A DNA stretch of 64,000 nucleotides from an uncultured delta proteobacterium (GTDB taxonomy: Bacteria; Desulfobacterota; Desulfobaccia; Desulfobaccales; 0-14-0-80-60-11): contig CAWETI010000003.1 in assembly GCA_963812015.1 (NCBI GenBank), positions 1,632,001 to 1,696,000 of the forward strand. The letters are read 5' to 3'. Under the pieces are notes generated by a model. The model did no database searches, had not been told where the DNA came from, and saw only the letters and a list, made by a program, of their open reading frames with translations. How positions within the stretch are numbered: the first letter of the stretch is position 1; each line of letters opens with the position of its first letter. This document shows, one piece after another, positions 38,555 to 47,462 of this stretch. Position numbers and translations under genes: made by a program.

Positions 38555-39856
38555 ATGACCAGGCTCGTTGGGATTATTTTTGGCCTTAGCTGCTGCTTAA
38601 CTGCCGGTCTCATCATTTTTGGGGGCGGCGGGCCGGAGAACGGACCCCTCATGGCGGCGGAATATTCCGGTCGGATAAAGGAAGAGATGGTGTCCCGCCT
38701 CCGGGTTGAGGATGAGGATGACTTCCACTGGAAGGATATGGACCCTGGGAATACGGGCTATAGTATGAACCCTAACGCTTCAGCTCGAGCCACATTTCAA
38801 GCAAACGATTTTGGTGTTCGGTTTGCAGAGGAAGGTCGCTATGATCAGGCCATCTTGCAATTTACCAAAGCCATAAAGGATAGCAGCTTATGGTACGCTT
38901 TTTATAATAGAGGGACAACTTATGCCCGCACCAGTCGGGCGGACCTTGGCATCGCGGACTTCAGCCAGGCGATAGAAATGAACCATAATTCGCTGAGCTC
39001 TTTTCACAATCGGGGAGTCGTCTATACACAAAAGGGACAGTATGACCAGGCTCTGGCCGACTTCAACCAGGCCCTGAAACTCAAGCCAGAAGATGTTGAT
39101 GCTCACTACATGCGGGGCGTGGTCTATCTGAAACAGAACCAGCAGGACCGGGCCATCGCTGACCTCACCAAGGTCGTGGAACTGGCTCCCAACTTCGCCA
39201 AGGCCTACTGCAATCGGGGGGTGGCCTATGCCATGCAGGGAAAATTAGAACAGGCCCTGGCCGACCTGAATAAGGCCCTGGAGATCAACCCTAAATATGG
39301 CAAGGCATTATACATACGGGGGCTGGTTTTTTCCCAGCAAGGCCGCAAAGAACAGGCCCTGGCGGATTTCAATAAAGCCCTGGAAATCAAACCCGGTAAC
39401 GACAAGGCCCTCTATTATCGGGGGATTCTTTACTATAACCAGGGACGGCAGGACCAGGCCCTGGCCGACTTCAACCAGGTGTTGAAAATCAACCCCAAAT
39501 ATGCGGAAGCCTACAATAACCGGGGCAGCATCTTTACGGCCAAGGGCCAGTATGACCAAGCCCTGGCCGACTTCAACCAGGCCCTGCACATAGACCCCAG
39601 GCATGCCAACGCCTACTACAACCGGGGAGTGGCCTACTTTAACAAGAGCCTTTATGATAAGGCCATTGTCGATTTCAATAAATCCCTGGAACTGGACCCC
39701 AAACTGGCCGACGCTTATTTTAGCAAGGCCCTGGCTTTGGAGGCGGCGGGCCGCCAGGCAGAGGCCCGGGAGGCCTACGCCGCCTTTCTCCGGTATGCTC
39801 CCCCGGAAGCTAAAGACCAGATCGAGCAGGCCAGAAGCAAAGTCGGCAGACGATGA
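38555..39856 (+). CDS. Exported TPR protein, array member 3
   Basis: Paralogue of member 2. Confidence 0.92.
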   Translation: MTRLVGIIFGLSCCLTAGLIIFGGGGPENGPLMAAEYSGRIKEEMVSRLRVEDEDDFHWKDMDPGNTGYSMNPNASARATFQANDFGVRFAEEGRYDQAILQFTKAIKDSSLWYAFYNRGTTYARTSRADLGIADFSQAIEMNHNSLSSFHNRGVVYTQKGQYDQALADFNQALKLKPEDVDAHYMRGVVYLKQNQQDRAIADLTKVVELAPNFAKAYCNRGVAYAMQGKLEQALADLNKALEINPKYGKALYIRGLVFSQQGRKEQALADFNKALEIKPGNDKALYYRGILYYNQGRQDQALADFNQVLKINPKYAEAYNNRGSIFTAKGQYDQALADFNQALHIDPRHANAYYNRGVAYFNKSLYDKAIVDFNKSLELDPKLADAYFSKALALEAAGRQAEAREAYAAFLRYAPPEAKDQIEQARSKVGRR

Positions 39857-39888
39857 AGCCTCTTTTATCTTAAAGGCGAGGTGAGGAA

Positions 39889-41193
39889 ATGACCAGGCTC
39901 GCCAAAATGATTTTAAGCCTTAGCTGCTGCTTGATAACCAGTCTAATCATTTTTGGGGAAGGCTGGCAGGGAAAAGGAATCCTCTTGGCGGCAGAATCTT
40001 CCCTCCGAATGAGAGAAGAGATGGCATCCCACTTTCGGGTCGAGGATGAGGAAGACCTCCACTGGAAGGCTATGATGGCGTTTGCGCGTGGCCTGGGACC
40101 GAGGTCCCCAGCCACTTATACCAGTGTTGCTTTTCATAACAATCGTGGTATTGACTATGCAGAGCAGGGCCGGTATGACCAGGCCATCCCAGAATTCACC
40201 AAGGCCGTGCAAGCAGATTTAACATTGATAGAGGCTTATTACAATCGAGGGATCGCCTACGCCCGTCAGGAGCGGACAGATCTCGCCCTTGCTGATTTCA
40301 ACCGGGTAATCAACATGGACCCGCAATCTACTGACACCATCCATAATCGCGGCGTGGTTTACACCCAAAAAGTGCAGTATGACCAGGCCATGGCCGATTT
40401 CAACCAGGTCCTGAAAATTAAGCCCGAAGATGTGGATGCCCAATACATGCTGGGGGTGATCCACCTGAAGCAGGGCCAGAATGACCGGGCCATCGCTAAC
40501 TTCGCCAGGGCGGTGGAACTGGCTCCCAACTTCGCCAAGGCCTACTGCAATCGGGGGGTGGCCTATGCCATGCAGGGAAAATTAGAACAGGCCTTGGCCG
40601 ACCTGAATAAGGCCCTGGAGATCAACCCTAAATATGGCAAGGCATTATACATACGGGGGCTGGTTTTTTCCCAGCAAGGCCGCAAAGAACAGGCCCTGGC
40701 GGATTTTAATAAGGCCCTGGAGATCAAAGCCAGCAATGACAAGGCCTTATACTTCCGGGGGATTCTTTACTATAACCTGGGCCGGCAGGACCAGGCCCTG
40801 GGGGACTTCAACCAGGTGTTGAAAATCAACCCCAAATATATGGAGGCCTACAATAACCGGGGCAGCATCTTTACGGCCAAGGGCCAGTATGAACAAGCCC
40901 TGGCCGACTTCAACCAGGCCCTGCAGATAGACCCCAGGCATGCCAACGCCTACTACAACCGGGGAGTGGCCTACTTTAACAAGAACCTTTATGATAAGGC
41001 CATTGTCGATTTCAATAAATCCCTGGAACTGGACCCCAAACTGGCCGACGCTTATTTTAGCAAGGCCCTGGCTTTGGAGGCGGCGGGCCGCCAGGACGAG
41101 GCCCGGGAGGCGTACGCCGCCTTTATCCGGTTCGCCCCCCTGGATGCCAAAGACCAGATCGAGCAGGCCAGAAGCAAAATCGGCAGGCGATGA
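39889..41193 (+). CDS. Exported TPR protein, array member 4
   Basis: Paralogue of member 2. Confidence 0.92.
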   Translation: MTRLAKMILSLSCCLITSLIIFGEGWQGKGILLAAESSLRMREEMASHFRVEDEEDLHWKAMMAFARGLGPRSPATYTSVAFHNNRGIDYAEQGRYDQAIPEFTKAVQADLTLIEAYYNRGIAYARQERTDLALADFNRVINMDPQSTDTIHNRGVVYTQKVQYDQAMADFNQVLKIKPEDVDAQYMLGVIHLKQGQNDRAIANFARAVELAPNFAKAYCNRGVAYAMQGKLEQALADLNKALEINPKYGKALYIRGLVFSQQGRKEQALADFNKALEIKASNDKALYFRGILYYNLGRQDQALGDFNQVLKINPKYMEAYNNRGSIFTAKGQYEQALADFNQALQIDPRHANAYYNRGVAYFNKNLYDKAIVDFNKSLELDPKLADAYFSKALALEAAGRQDEAREAYAAFIRFAPLDAKDQIEQARSKIGRR

Positions 41194-41231
41194 GACCTTC
41201 TTTTCTTTTATCTTGATACCGGGATGAGAAA

Positions 41232-42539
41232 ATGACCAGACTCGCCAAAATGATTTTAAGCCTTAGCTGCTGCTTGATAACCAGCCTAATCATTTTTGGG
41301 GAAGGCTGGCAGGGAAAAGGAATCCTCTTGGCGGCGGAATATTCCGGTCGGATAAGGGAAGAGATGGCATCCCGCTTTCGGGTCGAGGATGAGGAGGACC
41401 TTCACTGGAAGGCTATGATGCGGGGGGTGAGTAAAAACATGGGTCTGCTGGGCGCACGCGCTTATACCAGTGTTAGTTTTCATAACAATCGTGGTATTGA
41501 CTATGCTGAACAAGGCCGGTATGACCAGGCCATCCCAGAATTCACCAAGGCCGTGCAAGCAGATTCAACATCGATAGAGTCTTATTACAATCGAGGGACA
41601 GCTTATGCCCGCAGTTGTCAACCCGATCTCGCCATCGCCGACTTCAGCCAGGCGATAGAAATATATCCTAATTCGGTGGACTCTTTTCACAATCGGGGGG
41701 TCATCTATACGCAAAAGGGACAGCATGACCAGGCCCAGGCCGATTTCAACCAGGTCCTGAAACTTCAGCCCGAAGATGCTGATGCCCAATACATGCTGGG
41801 GGTGATCCACCTGAAGCAGGGCCAGAATGACCGGGCCATCGCTAACTTCGCCAAGGCGGTGGAACTGGCTCCCAACTTCGCCAAGGCCTACTGCAACCGG
41901 GGGGTGGCCTACGCCATACAGGGTCAGATGGACCGGGCCCTACCCGATCTGAATAAGGCTTTTGAGATCAACCCAAAATATAGCAAGGCCCTATATATGC
42001 GGGGGCTGGTCTATTCCCAGCAAAAGAAAAACGACCAGGCCCTGGCGGATTTCAATAAAGCCCTGGAAATCAAACCCGCTAATGACAAGGCCCATTATTT
42101 CCGGGGGATTCTTTACTATAACCTGGGTCAGCAGGACAAGGCCCTGGGGGACTTCAACCAGGTGTTGAAAATCAACCCCAAATATGTGGAGGCCTACAAT
42201 AACCGGGGAAGCATCTTTACGGCCAAGGGCCAGTATGACCAAGCCCTGGCCGACTTCAACCAGGCCCTGCAGATAGACCCCAGGCATGCCAACGCCTACT
42301 ACAACCGGGGAGTGGCCTACTTTAACAAGAGCCTTTATGATAAGGCCATTGTCGATTTCAATAAATCCCTGGAACTGGACCCCAAACTGGCCGACGCTTA
42401 TTTTAGCAAGGCCCTGGCTTTGGAGGCGGCGGGCCGCCAGGACGAGGCCCGGGAGGCGTACGCCGCCTTTATCCGGTTCGCCCCCCCGGATGCCAAAGAC
42501 CAGATCGAGCAGGCCAGAAGCAAAATCGGTAGGCGATGA
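41232..42539 (+). CDS. Exported TPR protein, array member 5
   Basis: Paralogue of member 2; stop overlaps the kinase start (ATGA). Confidence 0.92.
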   Translation: MTRLAKMILSLSCCLITSLIIFGEGWQGKGILLAAEYSGRIREEMASRFRVEDEEDLHWKAMMRGVSKNMGLLGARAYTSVSFHNNRGIDYAEQGRYDQAIPEFTKAVQADSTSIESYYNRGTAYARSCQPDLAIADFSQAIEIYPNSVDSFHNRGVIYTQKGQHDQAQADFNQVLKLQPEDADAQYMLGVIHLKQGQNDRAIANFAKAVELAPNFAKAYCNRGVAYAIQGQMDRALPDLNKAFEINPKYSKALYMRGLVYSQQKKNDQALADFNKALEIKPANDKAHYFRGILYYNLGQQDKALGDFNQVLKINPKYVEAYNNRGSIFTAKGQYDQALADFNQALQIDPRHANAYYNRGVAYFNKSLYDKAIVDFNKSLELDPKLADAYFSKALALEAAGRQDEAREAYAAFIRFAPPDAKDQIEQARSKIGRR

Positions 42540-45064
42540 AACTTAAACTCAAAAATTATCGGGTCATCAAAAAGATTGGCCAAGGTGGCATGGGGCTGGT
42601 TTATGTGGCCGAGGACCTGGCCCTGGGGAGGCTGGTAGCCCTAAAAGTTCTGGCGCCTTATCTGGTCCAGGACCCCGAGATATTGGAGAGGTTTCGTTTT
42701 GAGGCCCGCAACCAGGCGCAACTGGTGCATACCAACATCACCATGGTCTATTCCTTTCTGGTGGAGGATGAACAGGCCTTTTTGGTACTGGAGTTTATAG
42801 ATGGTGAAACGCTGGAGAACAGGATTAACCGCGAAGGCAGGATCGTCGCCATGGAGGCGTTGCCTATCTTCCGGAAGATTCTGGACGCCTTAGGTTACGC
42901 CCATTCCAAAGGTGTGATCCATCGGGACATTAAGCCCGGCAACATCGCCTTTACCTCCGAGGGCAATGTCAAGATTATGGATTTCGGCATCGCCCTTAAT
43001 ATTGAGGAAACCGGCCGCCTGACCAGAACCGGACACGTCCTGGGCACTCCCCATTACATGGCCCCGGAACAGATATTGGGTAAGGAGTTGACGTTCCGTA
43101 CCGACATTTATGCCCTGGGCATCACCCTGTTCGAGATGCTCACCGGCCGTCTCCCCTTTGACAGCAAGAGTGACTTTGAAGTCAGGGTCGCCCAGATCTC
43201 TCATCCTCCCCCTTCCCTCCGGGCATTCGGATACCAGGATATCACTCCAGCACTGGAGGAAGTAATTCTCAAGGCTCTGGCCAAAGAGCCGGAGGCGAGG
43301 TTCTCCAGCGCCAGAGAATTCCTCCAGGCCCTGGAGGCGGCGGTGGGACGGGACCATTTGGTCACTCGCGTTAAGGGCGTGCATCTGGACAAATCCACCC
43401 AGATACTGGAGGCAGACCGGGAGCCCGGGCCGCTGCCGTCTGAGCCGGAGGGGGAGGAGCCCGCGGCTCCCCTTGCTGAAGCGCAGCTGCCAAAGGCCTT
43501 GGGGCAACCGCTTCCGGCGCCGGAGAGAGAAGCAGCGCCTGGGCCGAGCCTTGACGAGGTCCAGGAAATCTCGGTCGCGCCGCCACCCCGTGAAGAACAT
43601 CCGACCCCGCCGGCATTCGAAGCCACGCCGGCAGCGCCTCCGCCTTCACCTCCTGAAGCGCAAATTGAAGAGTTCGCGCCGCCATCGCCTTCCCAGGGAG
43701 AATTAGAGGCAGCCTCTGGCCCGGCCCTTGCGGAACCGAAGCTGGAGGCCCCGGCTGTCCCGCCACCCTCAGAGCCTGAAGCGGAAGCGCCGCAGCCTCC
43801 TGCTCCGCTGTCTGAGCCGGAGGGGGAGGAGCCCGCGGCTCCCCCTGCTGAAGCGCAGCTGCCAGAAGCCTTGGGGCAACCGCCTCCGGCGCCGGAGAGA
43901 GAAGCAGCGCCTGGGCCGAGCCTTGACGAGGTCCAGGAAATCTCGGTCGCGCCGCCACCCCGTGAAGAACATCCGACCCCGCCGGCATTCGAAGCCACGC
44001 CGGCAGCGCCTCCGCCTTCACCTCCTGAAGCGCAAATTGAAGAGTTCGCGCCGCCATCGCCTTCCCAGGGAGAATTAGAGGCAGCCTCTGGCCCGGCCCT
44101 TGCGGAACCGAAGCTGGAGGCCCCGGCTGTCCCGCCACCCTCAGAGCCTGAAGCGGAAGCGCCGCAGCCTCCTGCTCCGCCGATTGCCGAGCCGCCGTCA
44201 AGTCATGAACCCACAACTCATGCGGTTCCAGAAGAAGCCCTCGTCGCTCCCGCGGTCCAAGCTAGTTGGTTTTCTCGACCCCGGCTGATTTTCCTCCCCC
44301 TGGCCCTGCTATCCGCGCTTGCCTTAGTCATCTTCTTTCGGGTCCTCTTTCCCCTCGGACCCTCACCGACTTCTCAAGGTCTGGCCCCCCTTCAGCCAGG
44401 GGCCACGCCTCAGAAGAGTGTGGCGCCTCCTGCCCATCAACCTGAAAAAAAGCCCCAGGTGGCGCTGTCGCCCCCGGTGGCACCCACGGTAAGCCCCGTC
44501 CCCAAAGAATCACTGTCGGCAAAATCGCCAGAAGTGGCAACAGAACAATCGGATAAAGAAAAGCCTATGCCCCTGGCAGCCCTTCCCCCTCCGGAGAAAA
44601 AGGCGGAAACCCCGAAGGCAAAGGGGCCCCAACCGGATGAACTGCGGAAAGCCATTAAAGACAGCTTGGCGGCCCAAGGTTTCTCCGACTTGGAGGTGCA
44701 GGTGGATGAAGGGAAGGGAGTGGTAATTTCCGGTAATGTTAAGAATGCAAGTCAGAAGAATAAAATAACCCAAATCATCAATGCTATGGGCCTGGCGGTG
44801 CCGACAGACTATAGCAGGTTGAAAGTCATGAAAGAAGCAGTGGCTAAGACTGTGAAAAGCAAGAGACCAGAAGCCCCCTCAACAACCCACGAGATACTCG
44901 AGACTGCCCCGAAGCTGGCGCTGCCCGAGGCCTCCCGCAAACCCCTGCCCCCCAAGCTGGACCGGGGCGGTAAAGAACCAGTAGCTGAGACTGTGGAACC
45001 AAAGGGACAGGCTCCTCGGAAACCTTTGCCCCCCAGGATAGACCGGGGCAATATTCAGTTTTGA
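42536..45064 (+). CDS. Hanks-type Ser/Thr kinase with Pro/Glu linker, TM helix and BON-like extracytoplasmic domain
   Basis: IGQGGMG, VALK, HRDIKPGN, DFG, GTPHYMAPE; TM LIFLPLALLSALALVIFFRVLF; AIKDSL...LEVQV...VVISGNV. Confidence 0.93.
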   Translation: MKLKLKNYRVIKKIGQGGMGLVYVAEDLALGRLVALKVLAPYLVQDPEILERFRFEARNQAQLVHTNITMVYSFLVEDEQAFLVLEFIDGETLENRINREGRIVAMEALPIFRKILDALGYAHSKGVIHRDIKPGNIAFTSEGNVKIMDFGIALNIEETGRLTRTGHVLGTPHYMAPEQILGKELTFRTDIYALGITLFEMLTGRLPFDSKSDFEVRVAQISHPPPSLRAFGYQDITPALEEVILKALAKEPEARFSSAREFLQALEAAVGRDHLVTRVKGVHLDKSTQILEADREPGPLPSEPEGEEPAAPLAEAQLPKALGQPLPAPEREAAPGPSLDEVQEISVAPPPREEHPTPPAFEATPAAPPPSPPEAQIEEFAPPSPSQGELEAASGPALAEPKLEAPAVPPPSEPEAEAPQPPAPLSEPEGEEPAAPPAEAQLPEALGQPPPAPEREAAPGPSLDEVQEISVAPPPREEHPTPPAFEATPAAPPPSPPEAQIEEFAPPSPSQGELEAASGPALAEPKLEAPAVPPPSEPEAEAPQPPAPPIAEPPSSHEPTTHAVPEEALVAPAVQASWFSRPRLIFLPLALLSALALVIFFRVLFPLGPSPTSQGLAPLQPGATPQKSVAPPAHQPEKKPQVALSPPVAPTVSPVPKESLSAKSPEVATEQSDKEKPMPLAALPPPEKKAETPKAKGPQPDELRKAIKDSLAAQGFSDLEVQVDEGKGVVISGNVKNASQKNKITQIINAMGLAVPTDYSRLKVMKEAVAKTVKSKRPEAPSTTHEILETAPKLALPEASRKPLPPKLDRGGKEPVAETVEPKGQAPRKPLPPRIDRGNIQF
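43438..44180 (+). repeat. 372-bp (124-aa) tandem duplication in the kinase linker
   Basis: GTCTGAGCCGGAGGGGGAGGAG at 43438 and 43810; units differ at three residues (L/P, K/E, L/P). Confidence 0.93.
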
Positions 45065-46542
45065 TCCGGACGTAGCCGGTAAACTTCCATCTCCTGTTTG
45101 CCCTTGGGAGTCTCCATCCGGCGCACAAATTCCGCCGGATATTGTTGCTTTACCGCCTGATAGGTTTCTCCTCCCAGATAGATAGTCCCCGGCTCTGCCA
45201 TGGATTGCAGCCGATTGGCGATATTCACTGCGGCGCCTAACGTGGTATACTCCATTCTCCTGGGAGATCCCATATATCCTGCCACTATTTCCCCAGTATT
45301 GATCCCGATCCGGATGACAAACCTCTTGTCTTCCGGCAGCTTGGCCACGAACTGCTTTTGTAACTCCAGCATTTCCAGCCCAGCCCGGACGGCCCGGAGA
45401 GGATGGTCGGGGTAAGGAAAAGGCGCACCGAATATGGCCACCAGGCCGTCCCCCATGAATTTGTCCAGGGTCCCTTCACCGGCAAAAACGATTTCCGTCA
45501 TCAGGGTAAAATAGTCGGTCAACAGGTTAGCAATCTCCTGGGGGTCCAGCTTCTCGCTCAGAAGGGTGAATCCTTGGATATCGCTGAACAAAACGGTGGC
45601 ATTGATTCTTTCTGATCTTAATAAAATATCCCCCTTATCGATACAGTCCCGGGTTATTAATTCCACCACCCCGGGAGAAAGAAACCGCTCCAGATTGCTC
45701 CGCAGCATGGATTCTCTGTGGAGTCTTTCATTGAGGGAAACTTTTTCTATGCCCGTGGCCACCTGGTTGGCAAACAGGGTCAGGAGGATCAAGTCTCCAT
45801 CGCTAAACCTGCCGGGCAGCGGATCTTCCAGGTAAATAACCCCTAAGACCTCTTGGTCCTTGAGCAAGGGGGCGCAGATGGCTGACTGGACGCCGCGCAA
45901 CACCATGGTCTTGGAAGCATCCAGGTCGTAGCCCACCAGCAGGGATTTTCTGTTGTGGATCACCTGCCGCACCACGTCTTCACTGAACAATACATCTTTC
46001 CCTATGGTGACGATCTGCCCGGGTTTGCCCTCGGAGTCAGTGAGCATCAATACACCTCTGGCCGCCCGGATGCTTTCCATGACCAAGTTCATGACTGCCT
46101 GTAAGAAATCAGGAGGGCTGGTTTCAGTGGTGAACATTTCACTGAGGCGTTCGAGGATAATGTAGTTGGAATCCAGCGTCTTATGATAATTCAGTTGCTT
46201 GTCGTTGATGATGAAATCCAGGGGATTAACGGTTACGGACTCCTGGCATTCGAAGAGCAAGGTATTCTTGCCGATTGAAATGGTGTCGCCATGAGTCAGT
46301 TTCGTTTTGCCAATGGCCTGGCCATTGACCGCGGTGCCATTGGCGCTCCCCAGGTCTTCGATGCAGTACGCGTTGCCCTCGAGGGCAATCCTGGCGTGGG
46401 AACGGGAAACGGTGGAATCAGCCAGGTTGATATCGTTGAAAACGCCCCTGACAGGATCATTCCTCCCGATCGTAATCACTTTCTCCAGAAGGTCGAAAAC
46501 CTCCCGTTTTCCCTTTTGCCGTTTTATGACCAGTCTAACCAT
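45055..46542 (-). CDS. FHA-GAF-class III adenylate/guanylate cyclase
   Basis: ITIGR...VSRSHA...DLGSANGT (FHA); SAICAPL...GVIYLE (GAF); TVLFSDIQGFT, DKFMGDG, IGINTG, EYTTLGAAVNIANRL (cyclase). Confidence 0.93.
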   Translation of the reverse strand: MVRLVIKRQKGKREVFDLLEKVITIGRNDPVRGVFNDINLADSTVSRSHARIALEGNAYCIEDLGSANGTAVNGQAIGKTKLTHGDTISIGKNTLLFECQESVTVNPLDFIINDKQLNYHKTLDSNYIILERLSEMFTTETSPPDFLQAVMNLVMESIRAARGVLMLTDSEGKPGQIVTIGKDVLFSEDVVRQVIHNRKSLLVGYDLDASKTMVLRGVQSAICAPLLKDQEVLGVIYLEDPLPGRFSDGDLILLTLFANQVATGIEKVSLNERLHRESMLRSNLERFLSPGVVELITRDCIDKGDILLRSERINATVLFSDIQGFTLLSEKLDPQEIANLLTDYFTLMTEIVFAGEGTLDKFMGDGLVAIFGAPFPYPDHPLRAVRAGLEMLELQKQFVAKLPEDKRFVIRIGINTGEIVAGYMGSPRRMEYTTLGAAVNIANRLQSMAEPGTIYLGGETYQAVKQQYPAEFVRRMETPKGKQEMEVYRLRPDQN

Positions 46543-46782
46543 CCTGCCTCCCCGGCTCTGTGCCCCCAGCGCCCTTTCACCTTATGGTCCAAGACCGACC
46601 CTCTTGTCTATTTGAGGATAAACTTAGCCTAAAAATCATTTTTAAGGAATACATTAACGCGTTGACGGGTTTTGCCATCGGCGAGAGGAGGTAAGACTGG
46701 CCAAGAATCGGGCTTCAACAAAGAGGATAAAAACCGGTTAGCATATTGCATTGTAAATTTAATATTGTGAAATGAATATATC

Positions 46783-46960
46783 TTGCCAGACCAGAAACTT
46801 ATCGCCAAGCGCCAAGAAGCTGCAGATATGATCTCCATATCCCCCAAGGGCATTTGTGGGGCTTATAATTTCAGATGTAGGTGATAGGGGAGTGCCAGGT
46901 TACCGGAGGGAATGGCAGGGGAGCATCGGGTCGGAAAGAGTTGATATGCTCTGGATAGCG
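46783..46960 (+). repeat. Module-junction repeat (copy R4, most diverged)
   Basis: TTGCCA...ACTTATC...CTGCAGATATGATCT...GGCATTTGTGGG...TTTCAGATGT...GCCAGGTTA...GAAAGAGTTGATATGCTCTGGATA. Confidence 0.65.
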
Positions 46961-47058
46961 AAATTGACCTTTTGTGGGGGGATTTCCAAAATCCCCTTTT
47001 GGCCGATTACATTATGCCTTGATGGAGAGGTTGGCTGGTCAAGTCTGACCATTACAAA

Positions 47059-47346
47059 TCATTCCTTCCACACCTCGGCGGTCAGCGGCAGCTCATTGAG
47101 CTCAGCGCGAGCTTCGCTCCAGGTTGGGTAATGCTCCCTAAGGAGTGCCATGAAGCGATCGCTGTGGGTGGGCTCCAGCAGGTGCACCATTTCGTGAACG
47201 GTAACGTATTCGAGCAGATCCTTCGGCTTCTTCACCAGTTCTGTGAACAGGACGTAGTCCTTGTACTGGCTGGCATCCATGCCGCCGCGAAGTTAATCGC
47301 AGGAGGCCCAGAGAGAGGAGTAGAGGTCGGATTTTTTGATGGCCAT
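47059..47346 (-). pseudogene. hsdM: Deletion scar: hsdM 5' end fused to the 3' end of a YgjP/M48-like metallopeptidase gene
   Basis: MAIKKSDLYSSLWASCD*LRGGMDASQYKDYVL (HsdM N-terminus with internal TAA) continues in frame into TELVKKPKDLLEYVTVHEMVHLLEPTH. Confidence 0.85.
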
Positions 47347-47462
47347 ATGTGTTCCTTGGAGAGGCTGTTATTTTCATTTTGTAATTTTTTATCTTAGAAG
47401 TACAGTAGAATACAACACTGTCCGGCAATGTCCAACAGGTAGCATGATTGAGGGAGGAAAAG

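Noticed and set aside
37210..42539. Diversity-generating retroelement as the source of TPR variability
   Set aside because: No reverse transcriptase in the window; differences are not adenine-specific and include length changes; no template repeat seen
42536..46542. Type VI secretion PpkA/Fha regulatory module
   Set aside because: No T6SS core genes in the window, and the FHA domain is fused to GAF and cyclase domains
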